Virus record (IMG/VR): IMGVR_UViG_3300033149_003588
Span: 74,460 to 138,459 of that record
DNA from: a virus
Reading direction: 5' to 3' (one strand)
DNA: 64,000 nt
How positions within the stretch are numbered: the first letter of the stretch is position 1; every line of letters starts with the position of its first letter. Of the stretch, positions 20,988 through 30,780 are shown in pieces. The position numbers were made by a program, and so were the translations under genes. A model generated the notes under the pieces. The model was given only the letters and a program-made list of their open reading frames with translations, made no database searches and was not told where the DNA came from.

Positions 20988-22868
20988 TTATTTTGGTTCC
21001 CAATTTGAATTAAGATATACCTTCAGGGTATCCCCACCAGTAGTATCTATATAGGCCAATCCTGTGGGAGGGGTCGCTATAGTATCCTTGTCATCATTGA
21101 CAACAATAGTATCCGCCCCCAGAGGATATCCAGATGCAAATTGAAAAGCATTCAAAAAAATTACAAAATTAGTGTCTGCCCCAATAGTATCCACATCAAT
21201 ACGAACAGGATCTTTAAACCATAACGTATCATCCACATGAACAGTATCATAGGTACTATCTGTACCATCTATAAACCCAGCGACAAACAATTCATCCATG
21301 GTTATGCCAGTTAACTGTGACCCATCTCCAAATAGAGTATCTACGGTAAGATTCCCATCAATAACCACCGGGCATGACATAACTAAACTATCTGATTCTA
21401 TAATTATAGTATCATTGCCCTCCCCAAGATGTAAACTACCATTGGCAGGAACGAGATGGTCTGTACGAAGAGTGTCCCCAGACCTAATGCTTAAATCACC
21501 ACCAAATGAAGCACTGCCCTCAGAAATAACAAGTGAATTTTGCCCCACCTTAACTTCCCCGTTACTCCAAACATGAAGCGTACCAGCAGCCATGGATATC
21601 CACCCTGAATCTGTATCATTAATATAAAGAGAAGTATCAATATCAAGAATGTCATATCCATTTACATCAACATCACCTGTACCGGTAAACTTACCAGATA
21701 ACCCATCGGGAAAATTAACGGTGGAACCTATTATTTCTTTGACCCATATGGTCTCAACTTCGGTAGACGCAGCTCCTATGTTATGGGCATAAATGTCACC
21801 ATTAACTTCAAGAGCTACACTCGGTGTTTCTGTATTTATACCAAAATAGCCAGGATAATCAGCATTAAAGAAACACGCAGTACTATCTTGATTAATATTA
21901 ACATAAGCACCAAATGCCAATGAAAGATCAACACCATAATCGATCTTATTCCCCTTACCACCAAGTAACGTGCTCATATTGCCATAGCTCTTGTTGGATA
22001 CCCCCCCACACACAACAGCATATGAACCACGTGCATAGTTCGTCCTACCGCCGGAAATAACAGAAAATGGACCACTAGCATTATTCATATCGCCAGCAAC
22101 AACAACAGACCTATTATGAGCACTATTGTAATATCCACCAGGAATGGCAGAATAAGCACCTATGGCATCATTATAAATACCACCACCGATAGTACTAATA
22201 CTTCCATAGGCACGATTGTGTATACCACCACCGACAGTAGAACTAGTAGTTCGAGCAAAATTGTGACGCCCTCCCCCTATGGTAATATCCTGTTGCGGAG
22301 AACCATCTATTCCTGTGGTACATTCGATACCAAGGTTAATGTGGGTCGACGCAGAATCACCATATAAAATATTAGATAGTCTCGTTAATGACCAATTCCC
22401 AACGGGTCGAATAGCAGTGTCTGCAGTACCAACGGTAAAGTACTCCCACCTGGCAGTATTCGATAGTGAATCACTAATAATACCTAATAAATCTGCACCA
22501 TTAATAGACAAAAGGGTGTTTATATCAAGAACATTTATATCAGCCCGATTTATGATAGCTGTATCAGCCTTCAAATATACAATGGAATCAACATCAATGA
22601 CGGTAGTTTCGATAATCGCATAAGCATCGATAAATATAGTATCCATAAATCTTATCTTGCCATAAATAATAAAATCACCAAGGGTATCGACATAAGCACC
22701 CAGAGAATCATAAACCCTGCTAACCGATATATCTACAGTAGTATCTATATACGCTCCAAGAGTGTCCCAATCTAATTTATCGACCCTCAAATCATCGAAC
22801 CCAAACCCCAATATAATACCAGTAGTAGCTATAAAAACTAGCAATAAGAAATAGTTCTTATATTTCAT
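20988..22868 (-). CDS. Signal-peptide protein with Gly/Asn beta-roll repeats (tail-fibre/adhesin-head-like)
   Basis: MKYKNYFLLLVFIATTGIILG signal, about eight 14-aa (I/V)GGG..N repeats, and a GINTETP motif. Confidence 0.7.
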   Translation of the reverse strand: MKYKNYFLLLVFIATTGIILGFGFDDLRVDKLDWDTLGAYIDTTVDISVSRVYDSLGAYVDTLGDFIIYGKIRFMDTIFIDAYAIIETTVIDVDSIVYLKADTAIINRADINVLDINTLLSINGADLLGIISDSLSNTARWEYFTVGTADTAIRPVGNWSLTRLSNILYGDSASTHINLGIECTTGIDGSPQQDITIGGGRHNFARTTSSTVGGGIHNRAYGSISTIGGGIYNDAIGAYSAIPGGYYNSAHNRSVVVAGDMNNASGPFSVISGGRTNYARGSYAVVCGGVSNKSYGNMSTLLGGKGNKIDYGVDLSLAFGAYVNINQDSTACFFNADYPGYFGINTETPSVALEVNGDIYAHNIGAASTEVETIWVKEIIGSTVNFPDGLSGKFTGTGDVDVNGYDILDIDTSLYINDTDSGWISMAAGTLHVWSNGEVKVGQNSLVISEGSASFGGDLSIRSGDTLRTDHLVPANGSLHLGEGNDTIIIESDSLVMSCPVVIDGNLTVDTLFGDGSQLTGITMDELFVAGFIDGTDSTYDTVHVDDTLWFKDPVRIDVDTIGADTNFVIFLNAFQFASGYPLGADTIVVNDDKDTIATPPTGLAYIDTTGGDTLKVYLNSNWEPK

Positions 22869-22888
22869 AATCTTGTCCTCTTGTATTA

Positions 22889-23767
22889 TTACTCTGTACT
22901 ACAACCATCAAGTGACGTATTTATAACAGTTGTAACTATTCTCTTTCCAAAATCATCAAACAAATCGATTGTATAGCGTTCATAATGAATTATTACACAC
23001 CTAGTATCGTTACAGAGTTGCCAAAGAGAATCAGTGGTAGGCTCGCAGACAGGATATAGAACTGTATCACCATCCCAATAACCAACAAAGCTATCTTCTA
23101 CTTCGCCCAAACAATTATCTCTTTTAACATATAAAAACAACGTATCAGGAACAGGCGGAATCTTGGCTGCTCCTGTGCCGTCACAAAATCTAAAATAATT
23201 AGGTTGAGAGTCATAAAGTAAACTATCACCACACTCCGGCGGAATTGTTACGCTGTCTGGATTAACAAATATGGTATCCACAGTCCAACCACCAGTATTT
23301 GTTACAACATTCTCATAAATGGCATCATAATACCATAGCGAACAACTCATACACACAGTATCACTGTGGTCAGCTTCGGCTGTGTCTGTAGCAGTATAAT
23401 TTGTATCTACCGTAAAAACAATCGAATCATAGGTTGATATATTCGTATAATTTATATATTTCTGGATGACTTTTGTAATGTGAACTCCGTCATCTAATGA
23501 CGCGATTATAGATGCATCACCGATTTCAATTGGATTTTCCGATTTAAATCGAGTTGTATCATTACTATCATATATCCAGAATGAATCCTCCTTAGATGTG
23601 CCAAATCCCAGATACCGCTCTCCATTAGTAATTCTTATCGAACCTATGGTATCAATATAAGCCCCAAGGGTGTCCCAATCTGTGCGACAAGCAGTATTTA
23701 GATCTTCAAAGCCAAAACCCCACAAGTAATTAAACATAACAAGCATTAATAAGAGATAATATCTCAT
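22889..23767 (-). CDS. Signal-peptide protein sharing an N-terminal motif with 20988-22868
   Basis: GFGFEDL...DWDTLGAYIDT versus GFGFDDL...DWDTLGAYIDT. Confidence 0.7.
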   Translation of the reverse strand: MRYYLLLMLVMFNYLWGFGFEDLNTACRTDWDTLGAYIDTIGSIRITNGERYLGFGTSKEDSFWIYDSNDTTRFKSENPIEIGDASIIASLDDGVHITKVIQKYINYTNISTYDSIVFTVDTNYTATDTAEADHSDTVCMSCSLWYYDAIYENVVTNTGGWTVDTIFVNPDSVTIPPECGDSLLYDSQPNYFRFCDGTGAAKIPPVPDTLFLYVKRDNCLGEVEDSFVGYWDGDTVLYPVCEPTTDSLWQLCNDTRCVIIHYERYTIDLFDDFGKRIVTTVINTSLDGCSTE

Positions 23768-23774
23768 GATACTC

Positions 23775-24215
23775 CTATTTTAAAACCCAGATAATTATAG
23801 TATCACCGGAAGCAATTTGATACCAAAGTGTATCAATCCCGATATAATCGAATTCTACCCAAGAATTATTAAGAACTGGGAACCACAAATCCCCATCAAA
23901 GGAGAAAACAGAAACCTCATCTGCAGCAGTAGCGAAAAAATCTATATGTGTATAGGTATCACTAAATACGACATAACCAGTATCAGCAACTATTGCAGTG
24001 TCCATCGAAGAATATAAAGTTTGCGTAAATAATATACCGCTCTCATTGCACAGAATCAACCTCACAGTACTATCGGGTTCAACACCTTTAATCGGTTCTG
24101 CAACCATATACTGTATATCTGAATCGTCCAACTGCTCACCAGGTGGTGGAACAGCAAACAATAATATCACAGTAAGACACAATATAAACGGAACATAAAT
24201 TGAAGAGGATCTCAC
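23775..24215 (-). CDS. Hypothetical signal-peptide protein
   Basis: YVPFILCLTVILLFA N-terminus; beta-rich. Confidence 0.7.
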   Translation of the reverse strand: MRSSSIYVPFILCLTVILLFAVPPPGEQLDDSDIQYMVAEPIKGVEPDSTVRLILCNESGILFTQTLYSSMDTAIVADTGYVVFSDTYTHIDFFATAADEVSVFSFDGDLWFPVLNNSWVEFDYIGIDTLWYQIASGDTIIIWVLK

Positions 24216-24286
24216 GATTACTCCTTGTTTTCCAATCTGGTCGATGTAACAATACCGCAGTTAAAACACAACTAATAATATAGGAT

Positions 24287-24889
24287 TTATCCATCCTCCA
24301 TACCATGAATCGTATACGGAGAGTACGGCGCTGACATATGGGAAGCATATTTCTTAACAAGTAACGATATATCTTTTCTAATATAATACGGCAATGTATT
24401 TAACATTCCAATAGTCGTTATTAATTTACCAGTCCTGACACCGTTTTTAGATTTATAAGAATACAAAATAATAAATCTATTATTATCACGTATATCAATT
24501 ATTATACTATTATCATCGTCGTATTTCTTCACAATACATCGTTTTTTCTTTGAAAAAACAAATCCAATGTCCATAAAATCACGTACCACGGCACGCCTAT
24601 CGTAGGGAAAATGATCCCGCTCATCTTCCGATAGTTGTTTATCCTTCATAGCGATACATTTAGGACAAAGTTGAGTATTCTTGGCATAAATATGAACCTC
24701 CATATCAACACCGCATCTAGCACACTGAATAATTTTTGTTTTCTTTTGATGATGTTTTCCATCTTGATTATCAGTTCCCCCATGAGCACTAGAGCACTTC
24801 GAACACATTTGCACATTTCTAGAAAATAGCCCAACCTCCATATCGACACCACATTTACTACACTTTATAATTTTAGTCTTATGAGCCAT
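24287..24889 (-). CDS. Protein with duplicated zinc-ribbon
   Basis: KTKIIKCSKCGVDMEV...MCSKC repeated as KTKIIQCARCGVDMEV...LCPKC. Confidence 0.7.
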   Translation of the reverse strand: MAHKTKIIKCSKCGVDMEVGLFSRNVQMCSKCSSAHGGTDNQDGKHHQKKTKIIQCARCGVDMEVHIYAKNTQLCPKCIAMKDKQLSEDERDHFPYDRRAVVRDFMDIGFVFSKKKRCIVKKYDDDNSIIIDIRDNNRFIILYSYKSKNGVRTGKLITTIGMLNTLPYYIRKDISLLVKKYASHMSAPYSPYTIHGMEDG

Positions 24890-24892
24890 GAG

Positions 24893-25402
24893 TTATAATG
24901 GGTTCTGCTGCTTGATTATATCTCTAATAAGATCATATGCAGCATCGGTTGTCGTTACTATATTACGCTTATTTACCATAGTAAGTAAATAGATACTATT
25001 AACCAATTTACCACCATCCGTAAGATCTAATATAACTATGTTATCACTACCTATCGCCTTGCTAATAATATCTATTTCAAGAACAGAGCCGGCAGTGAAC
25101 ACACCAGATAAAACAAATACTGATATTAATGAACCGCCATATCGATTAATTAATAAATCTATTGTAGACATGTTTATAGAATATACGATATGTGGTAAAG
25201 AACTAGAAGCGTCATATATAGCAGGACCAAATTTTGAATGATCAAACGCCCGCTTGGGACTATATATTATTAACTCGTCGCTATCATCGATAGGCGGTGT
25301 ATCATGTAATACCCTTATTAACTCATCATCATGAGCACCGCAGTCAATATTACCACCGAAGTAAATAGCATATTGTCGATTCATAATACCCCCATATATC
25401 AT
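24893..25402 (-). CDS. Nucleoside 2'-deoxyribosyltransferase / Rcl-like (N-glycosidase) fold protein, putative
   Basis: N-terminal AIYFGG strand, IIYSP, and AGSVLEI with a Glu at the position of the NDT nucleophile (G..xE motif). Similarity judged by eye. Confidence 0.45.
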   Translation of the reverse strand: MIYGGIMNRQYAIYFGGNIDCGAHDDELIRVLHDTPPIDDSDELIIYSPKRAFDHSKFGPAIYDASSSLPHIVYSINMSTIDLLINRYGGSLISVFVLSGVFTAGSVLEIDIISKAIGSDNIVILDLTDGGKLVNSIYLLTMVNKRNIVTTTDAAYDLIRDIIKQQNPL

Positions 25403-25422
25403 ATAGGCACGTAGCGTATTTT

Positions 25423-25983
25423 CTATAACCCTAATGAATATGTTTCTATATCTCTTATCGCTAATGCCGTCATATCTTTAATTTCCAAACAACCATCGAT
25501 AACATAAAGTTTTGTCAGCTGTTTATGTTTAAATAGATATACTATAATTTGTAATATTCTCTTCTCTTCACTCGATAATCTCTTATTAATGGATCCCCCA
25601 TCATCCCTACCCCTATTCTTAATCCTCTTTTTGGCCACACCAAATGGTACCTGAATATAATATATGGTTGGAACATTGTATTCAAGCGAATATAAAAACT
25701 CAAGTTGAGCTACTGTCCTGGGGAAACCATCTAATATAACAGTATTGGAGGCCATCATTATGCTGCCCGCAATCTCTTGCCTAATGTCATCCTCACGCGG
25801 AGATAGCCAATCAACAGAATTCAATTCACCCATAGAATCATCACTATTGTGAATCCTCCTAGCTATATCACCAGACGATATATATCCATATCCCATGTGC
25901 TCTGCTAAAGATTTGGCAAATGTACTTTTACCACTACCTGGAACACCCATAACCACTATAACATTTTTCCTATCTTCACCCAT
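25423..25983 (-). CDS. Adenylate-kinase-family nucleoside monophosphate kinase (short, no LID)
   Basis: GVPGSGKST P-loop, ISSGDIAR, LDGFPRTVAQ, R.DD. Confidence 0.9.
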   Translation of the reverse strand: MGEDRKNVIVVMGVPGSGKSTFAKSLAEHMGYGYISSGDIARRIHNSDDSMGELNSVDWLSPREDDIRQEIAGSIMMASNTVILDGFPRTVAQLEFLYSLEYNVPTIYYIQVPFGVAKKRIKNRGRDDGGSINKRLSSEEKRILQIIVYLFKHKQLTKLYVIDGCLEIKDMTALAIRDIETYSLGL

Positions 25984-26956
25984 CTGAATCTCCTTTCAAC
26001 TTAGTGTAGGCAGCATCAAGCTCAACCGAATTAACCACCAAACATCGTGGTTCACCAAACCTACATTGAGTATTATTGCAACCTGTGCACGCCCTTTTAA
26101 TTAAAACATGATTATCACATCGCGACATGAATGGATTGCCAGGACCATTAACCATTATGGTTGGTCTATTATATCTCATGGCCTGGAATAAATCTATGCT
26201 TTCCCACCCTATAACCAAACGAGCACTACTCAATATCAACGATTTAAATAAAAACATATTGATACTATCATCAATAAGATCACCTATCTCGACATCTCTA
26301 ATGAACCCATCAGATATCATAATGGGGTGCTCAGAAAACCTATTAAACACCCATTTATCAATAATAGCCACCACACTATCATCCAATATATGCCCTTTAG
26401 TAGAATCTGGCAATACTACAACCACTTTATTATAAAATGATCCAGACACATCTAACACCGGTGTAGCAATATTAACCTCAGTTACATCTGGTATTTTATT
26501 GGCAATACCAAGAGCCCTAGCAAACATTTCAGTATAGCCACACCGCCCAGCATATGTTTTATAGATATTACTAAGTATATCAAAATGACCATTATTAGTA
26601 ACAGCACCAAGATTAATAATACAATTATAAATGTCCGACATAACATTTAAATCAATTGTAGTACCTGGCACAGAAGATTGAATCGCTGTAGCATCACAAT
26701 TCCCAATAAAATATCGGGCATATCGATCAGATACTAATATATCAACAGTATCATATTTTCTCTTCAAATAATCTATTACCGGTATTATACTAATTTGCTC
26801 AGCACCACCAAGCACAGCTCTAATTAATAAACAGCCATCGCCAGACCCCCTAATATATAATTGATTGGCCATGGCCAGGTCAAAGGATGCCGACCTATAA
26901 AACTCACCCGACAAGGGGCCCATATCTTTCTCTATTAATTGAATTGATAGTGGCAT
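25976..26956 (-). CDS. GT9 (heptosyltransferase-like) glycosyltransferase, divergent
   Basis: LLIRAVLGG..SIIPVIDYLK N-terminus, LILSSARLVIGWES..RPTIMVNGP, and a C-terminal C.GC....C.....C cluster typical of GT9. Confidence 0.7.
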   Translation of the reverse strand: MPLSIQLIEKDMGPLSGEFYRSASFDLAMANQLYIRGSGDGCLLIRAVLGGAEQISIIPVIDYLKRKYDTVDILVSDRYARYFIGNCDATAIQSSVPGTTIDLNVMSDIYNCIINLGAVTNNGHFDILSNIYKTYAGRCGYTEMFARALGIANKIPDVTEVNIATPVLDVSGSFYNKVVVVLPDSTKGHILDDSVVAIIDKWVFNRFSEHPIMISDGFIRDVEIGDLIDDSINMFLFKSLILSSARLVIGWESIDLFQAMRYNRPTIMVNGPGNPFMSRCDNHVLIKRACTGCNNTQCRFGEPRCLVVNSVELDAAYTKLKGDSDG

Positions 26957-26983
26957 TATATCATGATAAAGAGAAATTCACTA

Positions 26984-29602
26984 TTAATCAGACGAATTAA
27001 ATGGAAACTCAGGGAAAGCATAATTACTACACTCACCCATCCTTAGCGATCCGGGCATATCAAAATCACAATTATCAAAAATACCATCTATATGTAACTT
27101 TTGCCTACCCTGTCTATCCTTATCAATATTATAAATAACATTACCATGAGCTATCCCCTCGATTCTGGGCTTGGGTGCAAGAACCACAAACTTATCCGCA
27201 GCCCTACCCATGCCTTTGGCACCAGCATTATAGCGCATGCCACCAGCCTTTGTATCAATAGCTTCATCACTCTGTTGCGATAATGCAAATATTGCTATCT
27301 CTTGGCCACTTTTGCGTGATCGCCATTTTAATTCATTTGAAGCATCTTCTAATAATTGGTATTTCTGCATGCCCTTATGTCTGGCCTCTGGTCTTATCAT
27401 CTGAATATAATCTATAAATACCATCTGGACCCCATACTTAATATAGTGCATATCAATAGATGCCATAATATTACTCATTGTAATATCAGATAACTCATCT
27501 ATATAGATATTAGAATTATGTATCATTCCAAAGGCCTTTTGTATTATCTTGGCATTGTTATCATCCACATTACCGTTCATTATGTCAATACCAGAGATCC
27601 CAGTAAGAATCGCAACCATTCTACCTGCTAATTCAGTGGGAGACATTTCACAAGATATTATCAATATTGGAAGTTGATTAACAACTATGCCCATATCAAC
27701 AGCCAAATTGCACATAAAAGCAGATTTACCAACCCCACTATTACTACTAATATAATATAAATAACCTGTATTTATCCCTGACCATAATTTATTGATGGTA
27801 CCCCAACGATGTGACATATGATAACCACGTATCTTATCATCAGATTGTAGCTGTTTAATAAAATCTAGACGTGCAGCTGATGCATATGTGCTAGGTGTCG
27901 AATCATATATAACCAAATTATTTACTATGCCAGATGTATAAAACCCCTCAATGGTATCATTGATTGGAGTGGAAGCGTCGGCCAATCCAGCCCTCAAATC
28001 TGATACACTATCCCATATACGTCGCCTACATGATAGGTCAGATAATAAAAATATGGCATCTTCAAGATCATCTAATTTATCTATCGACCCTGGTAATGTG
28101 GCAATAATAGTACATTCATCTTGTGTCAAAAACTTTTGATATGTCTCAGCACCAAACGCTGCGCCACTGATAATTAAATTAGATATCTTGTCAAACAATG
28201 ATGCTATCGTACTATCCGTAAAATCATCATCATGTAACTTACTTACAATATACTTTCGGGTTGACTTATTATTAACCAGTGTGGCTAATATTCTACGCTC
28301 AAGCCCAACATCCTTCAGCATCGACATAGTATCCGCATGATAAAAATCACGCAATGTGTCAATATCTATATCAGATAATTCGCTCACATATTGAAGCCCG
28401 AGATCCATCTGAAATAATGATATATTAACAAAATATTTCTTAAGAGCATTAAGAAATCTATAACGATTCGTCATGTTATCAGCGGGATATCGCTCGACTA
28501 ACTCATCTATCATATATTGTATTGGTATTTTAGCCGCATCGATAATATTAAGCACAGCATCCACACCATATTCTATTATATACTCATCTGGGTCTTGGGA
28601 TGTAGGAATAAGCGCAACCCTTATATTATGTTTCTTATATTTGCGAGAATGCACTATCTCATAGATACTATTACGCCCACTCATGGCGCCATCTGGTAAC
28701 CATACAACATCAACACATTCCTTAATTAAATCTAATTCTAGATGTTGTGGCTTCACTGGTTTCCCAAGAGTAGCCATTGTATTTTTTATACCGTTCTGCC
28801 ACAACAATAATTGATCAAAAACACCCTCAACAAAAATCGCCTGGCCACTTCTAGATATATACCCCCTGGCCTGTTTATAACCAAATGGCAGATTAGTAGC
28901 CAACACATTGTCTTTACCCACACCCATATATTTAGGATCCCTACCCGGGGCCATGGTCTGAAAATACACAAATCTTCCATGCTCATCAGTTATGGGGAAA
29001 ATATATGCAGCAGACATGCGCATATTAGAGGCAAATCCAAGCCTAACTATATCATCATACCTATACCCCTCTTGGACAAGATAGCTAGCAAGCGCATCAG
29101 GATTAGCACAAAAACCGATTTTAAATGCCTCAATAGTATCTGATCTTAATCCCCTATCGTATAATAACTGAAGCTTACTTTTACTATGTAATAAATTGTT
29201 ATGCATATAGAATATGGCATCTTTAGTTATTGACAAGTAAGTAGCTATTTGAGGGTCTATATCTTCTTCAACAATATAATCATCCAAACTTAGGTCATAG
29301 TATTCAGCTAATCTTAATATAGCCTCGGTGAGGCTTTCGCCATAATACAATGTCCGCCACTTAATAATATCTCCACCTACACCACAACCGAAACACTTAA
29401 ACAAACCCAGGTTATCATTTATCTTAAATGACGGATTATTTTCTTCGTGAAACGGGCACAATATAGTTATATTGCTACCCTGCCTATCCATTGATGCTTC
29501 TGTAAGGTCTAGATCGTGAATAATTACTTCAGAAATACTTATATTCTCTTTAAGATAGTCTATTACCTTTCTTATATCTGAAAAACGGCTCTCCAAATTC
29601 AT
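26984..29602 (-). CDS. DnaG primase - DnaB helicase fusion
   Basis: CPFH..C..C zinc finger, TOPRIM VEGVFD, DPD, DnaB-like C-terminus SGVGKS, FIDYIQ, LSQ. Confidence 0.92.
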   Translation of the reverse strand: MNLESRFSDIRKVIDYLKENISISEVIIHDLDLTEASMDRQGSNITILCPFHEENNPSFKINDNLGLFKCFGCGVGGDIIKWRTLYYGESLTEAILRLAEYYDLSLDDYIVEEDIDPQIATYLSITKDAIFYMHNNLLHSKSKLQLLYDRGLRSDTIEAFKIGFCANPDALASYLVQEGYRYDDIVRLGFASNMRMSAAYIFPITDEHGRFVYFQTMAPGRDPKYMGVGKDNVLATNLPFGYKQARGYISRSGQAIFVEGVFDQLLLWQNGIKNTMATLGKPVKPQHLELDLIKECVDVVWLPDGAMSGRNSIYEIVHSRKYKKHNIRVALIPTSQDPDEYIIEYGVDAVLNIIDAAKIPIQYMIDELVERYPADNMTNRYRFLNALKKYFVNISLFQMDLGLQYVSELSDIDIDTLRDFYHADTMSMLKDVGLERRILATLVNNKSTRKYIVSKLHDDDFTDSTIASLFDKISNLIISGAAFGAETYQKFLTQDECTIIATLPGSIDKLDDLEDAIFLLSDLSCRRRIWDSVSDLRAGLADASTPINDTIEGFYTSGIVNNLVIYDSTPSTYASAARLDFIKQLQSDDKIRGYHMSHRWGTINKLWSGINTGYLYYISSNSGVGKSAFMCNLAVDMGIVVNQLPILIISCEMSPTELAGRMVAILTGISGIDIMNGNVDDNNAKIIQKAFGMIHNSNIYIDELSDITMSNIMASIDMHYIKYGVQMVFIDYIQMIRPEARHKGMQKYQLLEDASNELKWRSRKSGQEIAIFALSQQSDEAIDTKAGGMRYNAGAKGMGRAADKFVVLAPKPRIEGIAHGNVIYNIDKDRQGRQKLHIDGIFDNCDFDMPGSLRMGECSNYAFPEFPFNSSD

Positions 29603-29623
29603 AAGACTATCACCCTTCGCATA

Positions 29624-30232
29624 TTAATCTTCACCTAAGAAGGTTTTCTTTATATTCTGCTCTATAATAAAATCCTCCCACTCGGCATCTAATGTAGTAA
29701 TAGTTTCATTAGAAACGGTAGTTATCGTTAAAGCGGGAATCTTGTTATAACCATTTTTCATAACATCCATGTTTTCGATAGCCTGATATGTGCGTGTTAC
29801 AACAGCATGTATGTAAGGCAGTGTACGTTTATCAAACTGTATATTAGCGCATGCCTTGTTAATAAAGTCAACATTATAATGAAGTAATTCTAATAATAAA
29901 ATAAATTCCTTGCGACCAAAATCTGCCAATAATTTACCTACAATCGTATCATAGATCAAACACTTAGATGCATCCCATTTCACCTCATCAAACATGCTAT
30001 TAAATTTTAACCTATTAATAGGATAATAATAAGAAAAATCCTGCAATTTCTGTGGATCACTACACATAGATGCCCACTTACGCATAGTATTTAACACCGC
30101 ATTAAGTGGATATCTATTCGCCATAACCTCAAGTTCATAGATATCATATTTAATACCATCAACGGGAGAAAGCTGTATAGCAAGATTCAGTACCTTCCTC
30201 CCACGTACACTCATAACAGGAGGACTAGTCAT
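29624..30232 (-). CDS. Hypothetical protein upstream of the primase-helicase
   Basis: 202 aa ORF in operon context. Confidence 0.6.
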   Translation of the reverse strand: MTSPPVMSVRGRKVLNLAIQLSPVDGIKYDIYELEVMANRYPLNAVLNTMRKWASMCSDPQKLQDFSYYYPINRLKFNSMFDEVKWDASKCLIYDTIVGKLLADFGRKEFILLLELLHYNVDFINKACANIQFDKRTLPYIHAVVTRTYQAIENMDVMKNGYNKIPALTITTVSNETITTLDAEWEDFIIEQNIKKTFLGED

Positions 30233-30276
30233 CAGCGATAAATCTAATATTCATATCGTTAATAATCTCTTCTTCT

Positions 30277-30780
30277 CTAATCAGGATCTGTCTCACTATT
30301 TAAAATATCCTCAATATATCGTATCACCTCTGATGGAACTTTGTCTGGAACCCTAACAAGATATTGAAGATATTGAATATCATCAACTATATCACTAATA
30401 TTTCGGCCAGTATACTTACCAAAAGAGATGGTCCAGTCACCAGGGGCACCCATACTACTACATTGAGCACATAGTTTATCATCGCCTTCAACCACAGCAG
30501 GTCGTCCACATTTATCACACATAATTATTTTATATTTAGGTGGCAGCACAATGTCACTATATGAACTTATAACCTCATCCTGTTTATCACTAACGAAGCC
30601 ATGCACACTTTCAATAGATGAATATGATATGTTCTGCCGTACAAGCCTGCCCCGACTTTCTATTTCTACCACAGCAGTTTTAAATTCAGCATTAGCAGAA
30701 ATTATTACACCCTTGCGCACTCTAGCGCCATCTCTAAAAAGCACTTCTCTTCCGGGCAATAATTCTTTATGTTCTTTCAT
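30277..30780 (-). CDS. Hypothetical protein with CxxC motifs and a C-terminal FGKY (DUF3820-like) domain
   Basis: AGGAGG RBS before ATG 30780; CDKC..CAQC; ISFGKYTGRNISDI. Confidence 0.7.
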   Translation of the reverse strand: MKEHKELLPGREVLFRDGARVRKGVIISANAEFKTAVVEIESRGRLVRQNISYSSIESVHGFVSDKQDEVISSYSDIVLPPKYKIIMCDKCGRPAVVEGDDKLCAQCSSMGAPGDWTISFGKYTGRNISDIVDDIQYLQYLVRVPDKVPSEVIRYIEDILNSETDPD

